NCBI GenBank assembly: GCA_977017645.1
Contig: OZ360246.1
Span: forward strand, 13,950,001-14,014,000
Source: Torpedo marmorata
Taxonomy: Eukaryota
Length of the DNA stretch: 64,000 nucleotides
Direction: 5' to 3'
Part shown: positions 51,633-64,000 of the stretch, piece after piece
How positions within the stretch are numbered: the first letter of the stretch is position 1
How the letters are laid out: each line of letters begins with the position of its first letter
The notes under the pieces: model-generated
What the model saw: the letters and a program-made list of their open reading frames with translations, nothing else
Told to the model about the DNA's origin: nothing
Databases searched by the model: none
Program-made: the position numbers and the translations under genes

Positions 51633-53156
51633 CATGAGTTAAAAAGGTTGCTACTCTTAAATTTTGTTGTTTAGTTTTAGCAGTGGAATGTTCCATAGGT
51701 TTAGAGGATCCCATTTAAAACTCAGAAATATTATTTGAGCTTGTCAATACTCTAGTCATTGAGCTGCAAAGGTTGGACACCTCCATCGTAGGGTAAGAGT
51801 GTAGAAGAAAGGAAAATCCTAATTGCAAGCAGTCCCATCACCATGCAGAGGAGCATCCTGTTCTCAACCAATTGGGTGGTAATCCAATTGGAGCAGGATT
51901 GAGGTGGATGTGGGGGTGGTAAATATATCCCAATGTACAGCTGCAAGTCCAAGCAGTCTGCTCTCTCATTGTGACAGCACTTAGTATAAGTTAGTATGAG
52001 AGGATTTAGAATTGGTTTGATGATATTGTAATTTTATTTATCTGTATAATATTAACAGATAGGAGGCAGGGACAAGCATGGACACAGAGTGATGGTAAGA
52101 AATCTTTTTTTGTTTAGCTGTTGGAGCGCAGGAGTGTATTGTCACCCATAACCAGTGTTATCACTAAGTTTCTCACCTCATCTTTAAGCCTGGTCATTTC
52201 TTTTTTTAGGTTTCTTTGTAAATGAAGGTAGTAATTTTCTATTTGCCCTCAGAAAACAAAACGTAAATTTTGATTTGAGGATGTGAGACCGCTGCTTTTC
52301 ATTGTACCTTTTGGTATGCCACGTTATAGATTTCATTTACTGAGAATGTTGACACGTTAGTTAATTTGCTTTTGTTGCATTCCTTTGTGCACTATTTCCT
52401 GCATTGAAGTCAGGGACAGATAAGGGGCAGTGAAAGACAGCATTATCCCTCTCTAAGCTCCATTGTAGACTGCAGAAGAGTGTAGACAAAATGTTGACAC
52501 ATCAACCAGTGCATGAAACATTCACAGGAGAAATAAAATCCCAAAGAATTCATTTGCAATTGGTAATTGAAAGGTGACATGAAAATAAATCTAAAAAGTA
52601 ACGTGACAATATTCTAGCAGGAATACATACTTTGTATTATCCTGGGAACTATCTTTGCAAATATAGCAGGCACTCTTTCTAGTTTGGCCAAGTCTTTTTT
52701 TTCCCCTGATGATTCTGTTGAGTTTTATTGTGTTACCAAACCATGCCCATTGATGTTCCTGCACATCCTAGGTTTCCTTTGCCCTTTGTGGGGAACAGCC
52801 CAAAAAGCACAAGATTTGAATTTTTTTCAAAACGGTTTTACAAATTTCACATTCTTGTATGAGTGGTTAAATAAAAATGCATTATTTAAATGGAAAATTA
52901 AAACCAGTGGTTGTTCCTTGTGCTCAATGATCTGTAGTGGCAAGTGACCTTTCAGCTTATCTTCAACTATGATGGGTACTTCCTGAGAGGAATTCAATGG
53001 CATGTATCACAATTATTGGGTGTGTGGCCTGACAAAACTCCTACTCAGACATATGGTTTGATGTCGCAGTTATTAGTCCTGTGTGCTCAGGTGCCCATCT
53101 TATTAGAATTGTATTTAAAAGAAAATGCTACATCTCTCGTTTGTATTTAATTGCAG

Positions 53157-54540
53157 GTGAGGTCTGTCACAAATCATACACTCAATTCTCCAACCTTTGT
53201 CGACATAAAAGAATGCATGCCGATTGTCGAACACAGATAAAGTGCAAAGACTGTGGCCAGATGTTCAGCACAACCTCTTCATTGAACAAGCATCGTAGGT
53301 TTTGTGAAGGCAAGAACCATTATAATCCCAGTTCAATGTTTCCTCAAGGTCTGCCACTCACTCCCAGTGCCATGCTGGACAAATCCAAGCCTGCATCTTC
53401 TCTTAACCATACATCTCTAGGATTCAATGATTATTTTCCCTCACGCCAACACCCAACAGGGTTGCCCTTCTCACCAACAGCCACGTTTCCAGCTCTTGCT
53501 CCAGGCTTTCCAGGTCTTTTTCCCCATTCGTTGTATCCCAGAGCTCCTGTATTACCAAGTAGTGCATTGTTAAAAGGCTGTTTAAATCATGATATTGATG
53601 GAAGTGTCCAGAGCCCCATGGGAAATCCCTCCGTATCACAAGCATCTTCCCTGGTGTCGACGCTCAATGATAGAGACACCTCTTTAGAAGGAAAAAAAAA
53701 CATTCAATCTGAAAATTTCTTCATTGAGAAAAACAAGGTAAAAAACACTGACTTATCAGAAGGTAGCGACTTTGAAGACATCAACACAACTAGTGGGACT
53801 GACCTGGAAACAACCACAGGCACTGGGTCTGATTTGGACAGTGATGCAGAAAGCGATGGAGATAAAAAAAAGGAAAAGGCCAATCTGTCAGCCAAAGGGA
53901 CTGATAAAGTCACTTCAGTCTCCATCAACACAAACAATGTAATTGATGAACGGACACAGTATCTTCCATCCCAACATTCCTTCTTTCCTCCTCCTGATGA
54001 ACAGAGCCTTCCGGCCAGCACTGCTAATGATTCCATTAAAGCTATTGCTTCCATAGCAGAGAAGTACTTTGGCACTGGTTTCATGGGAATGCAAGAGAAG
54101 AAAATGGGATCACTTCCATACCACTCTATGTTTCCGTTCCAGCTCTTCCCAAACTTCCCACATTCCATATATCCTTTCACGGACCGAAATCTCAATCCCA
54201 GTCTATTGGTGAAAAATGAGCCAAAGTCACCCAGGGAACACCAGAAAGGTAGGAATGCAAGCTCTGAGTCGCCCTTTGACCTTACAACAAAACGGAAAGA
54301 AGCAAAGGTCCTTCCTGCATCCAAGCTCGTGGTATCAACGCTTTCTGGGGAGGAGCAGCCACTGGACCTGAGCATCAGCGGTCGGAGCCGGGTCAGTCAA
54401 AATGGCCCGGGGGAGCCCAGGAAAAACCATGTATTCGGTGAACGCAAAATGATGATCAATGATGACCTACCCAAGGTGTCGCATCAGCAACCCTTTCATT
54501 ATGCAAAGCCTTCACCCTTTTTCATGGACCCCATCTACAG
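53157..54540 (+). CDS. PRDM16: PRDM16 large coding exon: last fingers of cluster 1, Pro-rich region, acidic stretch and CtBP-binding motifs (exon 9 equivalent)
   Basis: Acceptor ttgcag|GT, donor TACAG|gtattc. 1384 nt, CEVCHKSYTQFSNLCRHKRMH...DSIKAIASIAEKYFG...HYAKPSPFFMDPIY. PFDLT lies at 54272-54286 and PLDLS at 54359-54373. Confidence 0.97.
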
Positions 54541-56828
54541 GTATTCATAGATCCTATAGTACACATTAAGCCTTCCTTCAGAGGATAATACTATTGTTTC
54601 AGCTTGAATGATTTCTTTAAAACAAAAGTATTTCATGACATGGTTGTGGAGATTTTTCTTCAGTTGTACATTACTTTTCAGACATGCTGCAACCTTGAAT
54701 ATCATTTCCCTTTCTTAAGCTGGGAACAATTCCATGACAGCTTGCAACCCATCTCTCCTCTCTCCTCTGCTCCTTCCCTCTCCTCACCACATCCCCACTT
54801 AGATATGAGTTTGAAGACGAATATATCTTCAATTTGGACTGGAAAGGTGGCAGAAAGTTAGCATCACATTGACTGTTATTTAACTCACAGTTGGACAGTT
54901 TGCCTCAGAGGTTAGCAACCGTCACTTGGTGACAATACTTGGAGAATTCTCTGCTGCCCATGTCACTCATTTGCCTTCTGAACAGCAAATGAGATATGAA
55001 AACTGAAGAGAAATTTCAAAATGAATGAGTCCTGTCATGGTTTTGACTCAAGTGCTGTAAATGCTCCTTTTTCCAACTTGGTGGTGTTATCCAAACTGTG
55101 CATTTTATTGTATTTGAACCATGGACTGTTACTGTGCAAGGGCCATTGTACCCATACAAACCTAAAACTACACTGGGAAGATTTCATTTATGTCAAACTG
55201 CACAGTATCAGATCAATTAATGTCATTATAAATAATGTCAACTTTCCATTTGTAAATTAAGTAACCATTCTCTTTGTATGTCTATGTCAGAATGCAATGT
55301 CCTCCTACAACCTGACAGCATTCATTGCTCACACCAGTTGTGTAGAGTACTTTTGGGTTCCTAGTACCCCTTTCGAAGGCCATGTAATCATGCTGAATAA
55401 TAGAAAGGCTTTGATGGTTTTGAAAAATAGTTTATTCAAAAAAATAGTAAAGATTTAGACTCACATTGGCACCAATGCTGGATTTTGTGTCTTGTCAACA
55501 CACTTTGTAAATCTACTCATAATGATGCGGTTGGAGGCTGGTGGAAAGGATGGAATTCTAAGGAACATTAGTGGTTGATTGACATAATCCTTGGATTTAC
55601 AACACTATTACCAAGTTATGATAAAACTAATTTATCTTATGAAAGAAGTTGCAAGTAAGATGACATCTAAGTACTCCAATAAATGTACAGAACAATGGAG
55701 GGGTCTACTCCATGTTGAAATGGAGCTTTTGACTATTTTGGTCATTTATAATCCTTTCCTCCATTGAGCTAGATAGATCACAAATTTTAATCCCTAGCCT
55801 ATGCTACCTTAGTCGACCTCAGCTAGGGCATGTAGAGGTTACAGCAATTGGGATTAGTGGAGAAAGAAATCATTCAGCATTTTAGCTCATCATGGCTATC
55901 CAGTGACCCATTATGGGATATGTTTAATCACAGGACAGGGTTTAACTTTGATTCCTTCTAGAGTTAAATCATCCAACCTTGTGCTCACCATTGACTGTTA
56001 AACATAAAGAATAGGCAAGCTACTGAAGGGGTGCTGATAGAGCTAAACTCGCTGATAGAGCAAGTACCATTATCTTCAGGAAAAATAATTAAGATGAGGA
56101 GAAAGGATTATAATATCTTTCCCCCTCTGAGAGCTCTATAATCATATAAAGAACTCTACCATTCCACAGAAACTTTCTTTCTGCATTCTTTTTTATTCTT
56201 GTGCAAGAGGTATTAGGGCTGAGTGATGGTTACGGTAATGGAATGGTAGAGATCCCAAGATCAAAACTACTGTAGCAGGTTGAAAAATTAAATTCAGATC
56301 ATTTGCATCCTAATAGTAGTCAATTGATGTCCACTTAAGTTGACAAGTATTAAAACCCCAGCTAGGTCTTTAGCCAGACTAGTTTATATATGACTCTAGT
56401 CCCATTTGATGAGATTGACTCTTGATGAGGTCACAGTTGTGAGAGATGTGCAGCAAATAAAGTCTTATCTATGCCATTCATTTTGCAAGAGTAGACATGT
56501 TCTGTTCAGTTTAAAATGGGAGATGCTTTGTTGTGAACACTTGCAACCTGTGGGACTGAAGAAAGTCTTGTCCCAGTGGTTTAACTGCTCAACAGGTGAA
56601 AGCTGTGGGGGAAAAAGGGAACTGCAATCCTTTCCTGCATTACACCAGAAGACACCACAGCCAGGATTTCATCCCAACCTTTGCTTTTCTCTTTCAGCTG
56701 GAACCACCTGCACTATACAGCGTAAGTGTGCATCTTTCCTTAATATTGTTCCCAAGAGGGCCTGTGAGAGGTAGGATTTTGTTTGGGAAATGCTGAGCGC
56801 CGATTTAACTTTTTACTTCTCGGTCCAG

Positions 56829-56916
56829 CAGGGTGGAGAAAAGGAAAATGATGGATCCCCTGAACTCATTGAAGGAGAAATATTTGCGCCCAAACCCACT
56901 TCTGTTCCATCCGCAG
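56829..56916 (+). CDS. PRDM16: PRDM16 coding exon (exon 10 equivalent) with tandem CAGCAG acceptor
   Basis: Acceptor cggtccag|CAG|GGTG, donor CCGCAG|gtacac. 88 nt, (S)[29 protein letters not shown]. Read manually. Confidence 0.93.
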
Positions 56917-57789
56917 GTACACAGAGTTACCATCTATATGTTTATTGAGAAATTTAGCTCAAACATCAGCTTTCTTTGGCATGTTTATGTTACGTGGAAT
57001 GGATCAGTGTAGTGATCCTTTCAATGAAAAATATTTTGTTTCCTTATGTAAATAAGAAACAGGTATATTGTTAAAGCCACAGGAAAATTGTTTCATGTTT
57101 CATTGTGCTTTCCATTGCCTTAAGCATTAGATATTATATTAATCAATATTGTATTCCACAACAGTAAAACTAGGCATTCCTTGGTGAAAGCCAAGATCTC
57201 TTAAAGGTGGTTGAATGTTTATTTTTCCTTGCATCACATTGCAACTGATTCCTGCAGCTTATGATCTCAGCTTTGGGAGAAAAAACTTTAAAAAGGGAAT
57301 GTTGGCTTTCTATGTATTACCTCAGTGCCTGAGAACTAGCTGGCAAATGCATGTTACAGGGACAATGGTTTAGTCTGATGCAGGCCACAACAGGCAGTTT
57401 GCAGTACTGTTCATACCAGGAAGAATGAACATTCAGATAGGGTATCACAATGTGGGTTATCATGATCATTTCTCAAATCAGTGAACTTTATTAGTATCAA
57501 ACTGTTAAAATTCAAAGTAATTCCACATTAGTAATTTCAGTATCCCCATTCGTAATATGGCATTGAGAGCCACTTTTCAGTCAGGAAGATAGCAATTCAA
57601 CCCCTTTATTGGACAGTCCAAGACAAGTCCACATGCTGAGATTGTCTTTCATTTAGTAACATCATCAGGAAACACAGCGTCAATTCCTACATGTATTCTG
57701 GCAACAGGTTAAACCTACCAACATTGGCCTAGAACCTAACCCCAGTGTAGTCATGAATCACAGAGGAGAACTCCAAAGGAGAAACATGG

Positions 57790-58420
57790 TGCATTTTAGA
57801 ACAAGATCAACTGGATTTTCCATGACAAGGTCGCCTAGTTGTATGTTGAAATAGCCAAGTTTAGAAATAACCAAGGCATGGATTAAGGCTTTAGAAGTTG
57901 ATGAGCTGAGGGGGGTGAAATTTATCCCAGAAGTAGATGTCACCGAGGCAATCTTGATGGCATATATATGGACCAAAGATCAGCTTGCAGTCAAGTTTCA
58001 AATAAGAACATAACAATGTGATTCACACAGTTGCCAGGGAGAGGTGAGGGGGGGGGGAGTTGATAGTTAAGGAACAGCGTTTGTGGTGGGATGAAAGTTT
58101 TGATTTCCCAGTATTCAGTTAGAGGAAATTTCTGCTCATCCAGTTTTGGATGCAGGTCCAACAATCTGGAAACAGTAGAAGGGTCAGAAGAGGTGGAACT
58201 GAAGCCGGGCATCACGTGAATGTTTGGAAACTGACACCATGTCATCTAAGTGTGTCAGATGCTGTTTCTAAGTGCTGGATTATAGAGGAGAAATAGGATG
58301 AGGTGAAAGTTACATCCTTGGATGATGCTAGGAACAAAGCTTCAGCCTCTGGAAAATAAGCTATTACTGATGATTCCCTGGATACAACTGCATGGATAAG
58401 AATGGGATGAAGCAATGGTG
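57790..58420 (-). mobile_element. Degenerate L2 LINE fragment
   Basis: LIHALVISKLGYFN resembles the L2 motif VHAFVTSRLDYCN. Confidence 0.5.
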
Positions 58421-60649
58421 GTGCTACCTAATTGGTCAACAGTGCAGAATATCAGAGGAGGTTTTTTGTGGTCAATATGGTCAATGATTAAAGAAAGTTC
58501 CTATACAACAGTGGGAATAAATGACCTTTGTCACTCTGACACAAGATGCCATCAGTGAGCTTGATATGAGTGATTTTAATATTGTGGATGTCAATAAACT
58601 TATGTGGATGACAATAAACTCTTCATTTAGCAGGCTGGTGGATATAAGGAAAGTTGCAGATACTTCAGAATGCAGAATTTGTTAATCTCACTGACAAAGA
58701 ACTCCAGAAATTCCTTGCAATAGTTATGGGTGAAGAGAGGTTTAAGAAGATAGTTAGACTACCCCTCAGCATTGACTGCCCATGCAGAGTAGAAATCTTT
58801 CCCTGTAAACCTTTGACTAAGTCTCCACTTGAACTTCTCTGTTCCAGTAGATTTAACAAGACTTTCAAGACTTTCTTTATAAGACCATAATTTCTAATTT
58901 AAAGAATGGTTTGTAGACTCATTTTTTATTGGTTGAATAGAATTTATAACATTTTGTATTCTTTTCTGAGCTTCAATAAATAACACAGTTGGCTTTTTGT
59001 AAAGAGGGAGTAAGAGAACAGGTTTCACAGCTAAACTTAGTCCGTTCATTGTTCTGCCTCCCAGCCTGTCGCTTTAATAACTTCCCTTGATTTTAGTGGA
59101 GTGCCTGGCTGACATAGGGGTCCTGTCTGGCAGGAACATCCTGTGTTTGTGTGGCTTAGAATGGAGTGCACACAGGGAGTGATCAGATACGGACACAGGC
59201 AAGAGAGGCAGGGCTCACAGCAATTGTGAGAAAGGAGCAACCGGGGAAAGAGGTAAACAGCTGTGGGCTTCCTCCATTGTAATTGGAGTCTGACAGAAGT
59301 GAAACAGATGTGGAAAATCACCAAATGCCGTTTTCTCTCCCTCTCCACTTTCTCATATTTGTTATCTCTGTTGGCCCTGGAATGTCAGTTTGGCATAATC
59401 TCCAAGCAATAGGTTACATGGTCTGGCATCCAAACTGCATAAGCGAAGAACCCAAGCATGTGGTTGGTGGTAAACCATATTTATTCTATTTTTTTTCCTA
59501 ATTTTAGAACTCGAGACTTGTTTTTTTTAAAATCCCACTATATCATCGCTTCTCCCTATCTCTAGATCCATTTTCAGTGCTATAAATCTCTGATCTCTGT
59601 CTTCATCTATATTTTGTCTTGTGCATCCCTGATTTTCTCTTTGATTCTTTAACTGCCAAAACAGTAAGCTCTGGAACTCCACCACCATCCCTCCCTGCTC
59701 CAGCACTCAAACTCTCACATCTTTAAAATTATTTCTTTAACAATGTGTCCCAATATCCACTAAGTTTCACATGGTCACATTTTGTCTGGCTATTGCCCCT
59801 TTGCTATGATCGAAGATACAATGTAAATGGAAGATGCTGCTGTTGCACTTTCTAGGTATGAACATGCCACGCTAACACTGAACCACATAGACCAGCAAGA
59901 TATCAGGTTTAATTTCAGTTGGTCCTGAGTCAATGACAACAACATACTAATATAGCAACAATAAAGCAGTAACATAATCCAGGGAGCTTCGCAGAGAGCT
60001 ATGAAATAACATTTGATGCAAAGCCACATGTGGGGATATTAGGCAGATGACCAAATGCGTGGTTTGAAAGGTGAGTAAGTTTGAGTTAGAAAGCTAGAAG
60101 TATAGGGAGAGAATTCTAGATCATGGGCCCTTGGCAGCTAAAAGCACTGCTGTGAATAATGAAGTGATTAAATCTGTACTTGATCAAGAGACCAGAATGG
60201 GAAAAGCTCCGATGTAAAGCACAATTTTGTATTCGGAGAGAATACACAGATAGAGTAGGATGAAGCTGTGGGGGGAAAAAAGATATTAAAATCAAGTAGT
60301 GACTTCCCCTTAGTCAACGTCTGGAATGCCCTTGAATCAGAGTGGACATCATCTACTAGGTTTTTGATCTTATTTTATCAGGGCATTAGAGAAAAAAGAA
60401 CAACATTGGTGTTTGGTCAGTGTGGCTTTTGTAAGACTGGTGTAGCTCTGGAGCAACAGTTATACTTTGACATGCAGGTATTTCATTATGGCAGAGGATC
60501 ACTGTGATACTTCCTTCATGTTTGTGGATCAGGCAATGCATTGTCATGTATTTGATTTTCTGTTCCGTTCCTGATTATTATGATCGCATACTTCAGAAGT
60601 TTCATTTTCCATTTGTGCATCAAATATCCACATCTACCTTTTACAAGGT

Positions 60650-61075
60650 TAATGGCAGGATTCTTAAGTGTGGAGGAACTTGGGGTCCAAGTCCATAGAT
60701 CCATCAAGGTTGCCGTGCAAGTTGATAAGATAGTTAAGAAGGCTTATTGTATACTGGCCTTCATTACTCGGGGATCACTGTGGATCTGTGAGGTAATGTT
60801 GCAGCTCTACAAAATTCTGGTTAAACCATGCTGAGAGTATTGTGTCCAGTTCTGGTTACCTCATTATAGGAAGGATGTGGAAGCTTTAGAGAGGGTGCAG
60901 AGGAAATTTACCAGGGTGTTGCCTGGATTGGAGAATATGTCTTATGAGGAAAGTTTGAGGGAGCTAGGGCTTTTCTCTTTGGAGCGACGAAGGATGAGAG
61001 CTGACTAAATAGAGGTCTACAAGATTATAAGAGGCATACATAGGGTGGACAGCCAGCACCTTTTCTCCAGGGCCA
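60650..61075 (+). mobile_element. CR1 LINE fragment
   Basis: LGVQVHRS..V..QVDKIVKKAY and QFW.PHYRKDVEALERVQR. Confidence 0.85.
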
Positions 61076-61910
61076 TTGCTGATGTCTGTAGCATGTATGT
61101 TCATGCTTACCAGCTGGAGTGTGGCAGCTTCTGGATCAGGTGAACACTTGAATTCATTTTCCTGGCTACTTTCATTTAATGTACTTTGAATGTTAGTGTC
61201 AGTCTGAGGGAGCATGAGCATATCTCATCTAGATGCCACAGAAAATCACCTTCAGAGCATTTTTGCTGCCTTGTTAGTGTCTTTGAAGCAGCAACTGATA
61301 TTCTTCTGAGGGTTGGGTTTAAGCCTTCATTTCCAGAATTATTTCTCTGTGAAATCTGTGTTGATGCTGTGTTCGAAACTCATTCGGCATAATGGCAACA
61401 CAAGGAGACTTCAAAAGTTCTGTATGCAAGAAAGGGAAGACAGTTCCCTGGCATCAGAGAGTAAAATTGCAAGGAATTTTTAAGAAAGTCATTGGAGAAA
61501 AAAGTTAGCGTTTGGGTTACAAAGAACTGAGAAAGAGAGAAAACAATGAGTTTAAAGTTGTAAAGTGGGGAAGGGATGAATACGCAGCGGATTCCATTTG
61601 TCTTGTCTAATCCTCCCAGTTCTGACAAGGTGTCTTCAACCTGAAACATTAATTGTTTTTCTTTCCACAGATGCTATCTGACCTGCTGCGTGTTTACAGC
61701 ACTTTCAGTTTAAAATTTTGAGCATCTGCAGTTTTTTAATATTCATTTTCTGTCCTTCCATAAACTTCAAAATATATCTAGAATAATAAGCATCCAATAT
61801 ATGTGAAGTCACAAGCTTCATTCCAAAGTACTGTGTTGTAAGAGAGATAACCAATTCTCCCTGTCATATAGAGACTGTAGTTAAACAGGAAAGTCTGCAG
61901 GTGCTGTGAT

Positions 61911-62103
61911 TTAAATTAAATTTAGACATACAGCACGGTTACAGGCCATTTTAGCCCTCGAGCCTGCATTGCCAATTACACCCAATTGACCTACAACACT
62001 CAGTACATTTTGAAGGGTGGGAGGAAACCAGAGCACCCGGAGGAAAACCACACAGAGATGGGGAGAACATACAAACTCCTTAACAAACTCCTTACAGACA
62101 GCA
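61911..62103 (-). mobile_element. 5'-truncated HE1/V-SINE
   Basis: Same family as 20763-21008; contains a 12-bp internal tandem duplication ACAAACTCCTTA. Confidence 0.85.
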
Positions 62104-62104
62104 G

Positions 62105-63735
62105 TAAAACACGAAAGTCTGCAGACACTGTGGTTGAAGTAAAAACACAATGCTGGAGAATCTCAGCAGGTCAAAAAGTTTCTTTTATATAGCAAAGATA
62201 AAAATACATAACCGACGTTTCGGGCTTGAGCCCTTCATCAAGGTATGGAAAAATGTCGGCAGGCGTCTGAATAAAAAGGTAAGGGGGAGGCATAGGGGGA
62301 GGAGCATGGTAGCAAAGGCAGGAGGTAATAGGTGGAGAAGGGAGAGAGGGCACAGCAGTAAGCAAGGGGAGGAGGGATGGCTAGGTGAATAAAGAGGGAA
62401 GGGGTGGAGAGCTGACAGGGGGAAGGGAAGGGAGGGGGAAAGGAGAGCAGGTTAGCAGAAACTGGAAAAGTTGATGTTAATGCCATCAGGCTGGAGAGTG
62501 CCCAGATGGAAAATCAGGTGTTGTTCCTCCAATTTACGGGTGGTCTTAGTGGGATAGTACATGAGGCCATAGATAGACATATGAGTATGGGAGTGGGATG
62601 CAGAACTGAAATGGTTGGCCACTGGGAGGTCCCTGTCACTGGTGCGGTCAGAGCGAAGGTGCTCAGCGAAGCGATTTCCAGTCTGCACCCAGTCTCTCCG
62701 ATGTAGAGAAGGCCATAAAGGGAGCTCCAGATGCAGTAAATCAATCCTGCGGATACACAAGTGAAGTGTTGCTTTACTTGAAAGGCCTGCTTGGGGCTCC
62801 GGAATGTGGTGAGGGAGGAGATGTGGGCGCAAGTGTGGCTCTTCCTGCAGCCACAGGGGAAGGTGCCGGGGGAGGGTGGGGGGGGGGGGGATTGGTAGGG
62901 AGGGATGAGTGCACGAGGGAGTCACGGAGGAAGTGGTCCCTACGGAAGGCGGAGAGGGGAAGATATGTCTGGTAGTGGGATCCTGTTGTAAGTGCTGGAA
63001 ATTCCGGAGGATAATGTGTTGGATGCAGAGGCTGGTGTGGTGGTAGGTAAGGACAACGGGAATCCTGTGTTTGTTGTGACTGGGGGCAGACGGGGCCACG
63101 GCAGATGAGCGGGAAATAGAGGAGATGCAGGTGAGGGCTGAGTTGATGGTGGTGGAGGGGAAGCCACGTTTATGGAAGAAGGCAGACATTTCAGAAGATC
63201 TGGACTGGAAGACCTCATCTTGGGAACAGATGCGGCAGACACGGAGAAATTGCGAGAAGGGAATATAATCCTTGCAGGGGACAGGGTGTGAAGAAATGTA
63301 GTCGAGGTAGTTGTGGGAGTTGGTGGGTTTGTAATATGTCGATGGAAAGCTTGTCTCCCGAGATAGAGACAGAGAGATCCAGGAAGGGGAGAGTGTTGTC
63401 GGAGATGGACCAGGTGAGTTTGAGATCGGGGTGGAAGTTGGCAGCGAAGTGAATGAAGTTGACGAGCTCATCGCGGGTGCATGAGGCAGCCCCGATGTAG
63501 TCATCAATATAACGGAGGAAGAGTTGAGGGGTCTTGCCTGAGTAGGCTTGCAGCATGAATTGCTCCACAAAGCCAACAAACAGGCAGGCGTAGCTGGGAC
63601 CCAAGCGGATACCAATAGATACCCATAGCTACTCCTTTGATTTGGAGGAAGTCAAAGGAGAAATTGTATAGAGTGAGGAGAAGTTCTGCCAGGCAGAGGA
63701 GGGTGATGGTGGAGATAACTGGTCGGGTCATGCAC
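62105..63735 (-). mobile_element. Penelope-like element (RT plus GIY-YIG endonuclease), 5'-truncated and frameshifted
   Basis: GVAMG, RYIDD, LPFLD, IYCI...YIGETG, RFAEH, PVANHF and LQPDGININFS motifs spread over several frames. Confidence 0.92.
62207..62247 (-). ncRNA. Minimal hammerhead-ribozyme-like motif in the Penelope terminal repeat
   Basis: RNA reads CAUACC-UUGAUGA-A-GGGC UCAA GCCC-GAA-ACGU-C-GGUUAUG: helix I, core with C3 changed to U, helix II and a palindromic helix III. Confidence 0.55.
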
Positions 63736-64000
63736 TTATCCCTCGCTACCAATCGCTCCCCCCACCCCCCCCCCCAGCACCTTCCCCTGTGGCCGCAGGA
63801 GGTGCCACACTTGTGCCCACACCTCCTCCCTCACCACAGTCTTGGGCCCCAAGCAGGCCTTTCAAGTGAAGCAACACTTCACTTGTGTATCCGCAGGATT
63901 GATTTACTGCATCCAGTGCTCCCTTTATGGCCTTCTCTACATCGGAGAGACTGGGTCCAGATTGGGAGATCGCTTCGCTGAGTACCTTCGCTCCGTCCGC
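63730..64000 (+). mobile_element. Inverted partial copy of the same Penelope element (GIY-YIG region), running off the window
   Basis: Reverse complement of ~62643-62915. Confidence 0.88.

Noticed and set aside
53704-54375. 223-aa antisense ORF, and similar antisense ORFs over the LINEs
   Set aside because: Shadow frames of real coding sequence with no independent motifs.
53081-54550. 489-aa ORF as a stand-alone gene
   Set aside because: It is one internal exon plus intronic overhang. Homology starts at the acceptor (53157) and stops at the donor (54540).
58583-58622. ~20-bp tandem duplication TGTGGATG(T/A)CAATAAACTT
   Set aside because: Ordinary local slippage duplication in decayed repeat sequence.

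Overview
This is vertebrate genomic DNA, not prokaryotic. The repeat content (HE1/V-SINEs, HER1-type CR1, Rex-Babar, Penelope) points to a cartilaginous fish, probably a ray or skate; that assignment is an inference. The window lies inside one + strand gene, PRDM16. Six GT-AG coding exons (28678-28780, 30659-30857, 32692-32839, 41826-41979, 53157-54540, 56829-56916) splice in frame. They encode the end of the PR domain, the N-terminal zinc-finger cluster, both CtBP motifs (PFDLT, PLDLS) and the start of the C-terminal part. The upstream and downstream exons were not found in the window. The introns are dense in transposons: L1, Rex-Babar, CR1, L2, Penelope, tRNA- and 5S-derived SINEs, and pogo/Tigger, hAT and Harbinger-like MITEs. 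The most unusual features are: (1) a ~384-bp near-perfect palindrome just upstream of a PRDM16 exon, made of a hAT-like MITE plus an inverted copy of its flank; (2) a fold-back Penelope insertion with a 15-bp target-site duplication (TSD), turning exactly at a hammerhead-like stem; (3) two non-autonomous retroelement families, one 5S-headed and one GC-rich with a YY1-like motif, that share a Rex-Babar-like 3' tail; (4) an L1 nested in another L1 and a twin-primed L1; (5) tandem splice sites in PRDM16. I found no evidence for a new protein-coding system. Repeat boundaries were set by eye and are approximate, and family names come from recalled motifs rather than database searches.
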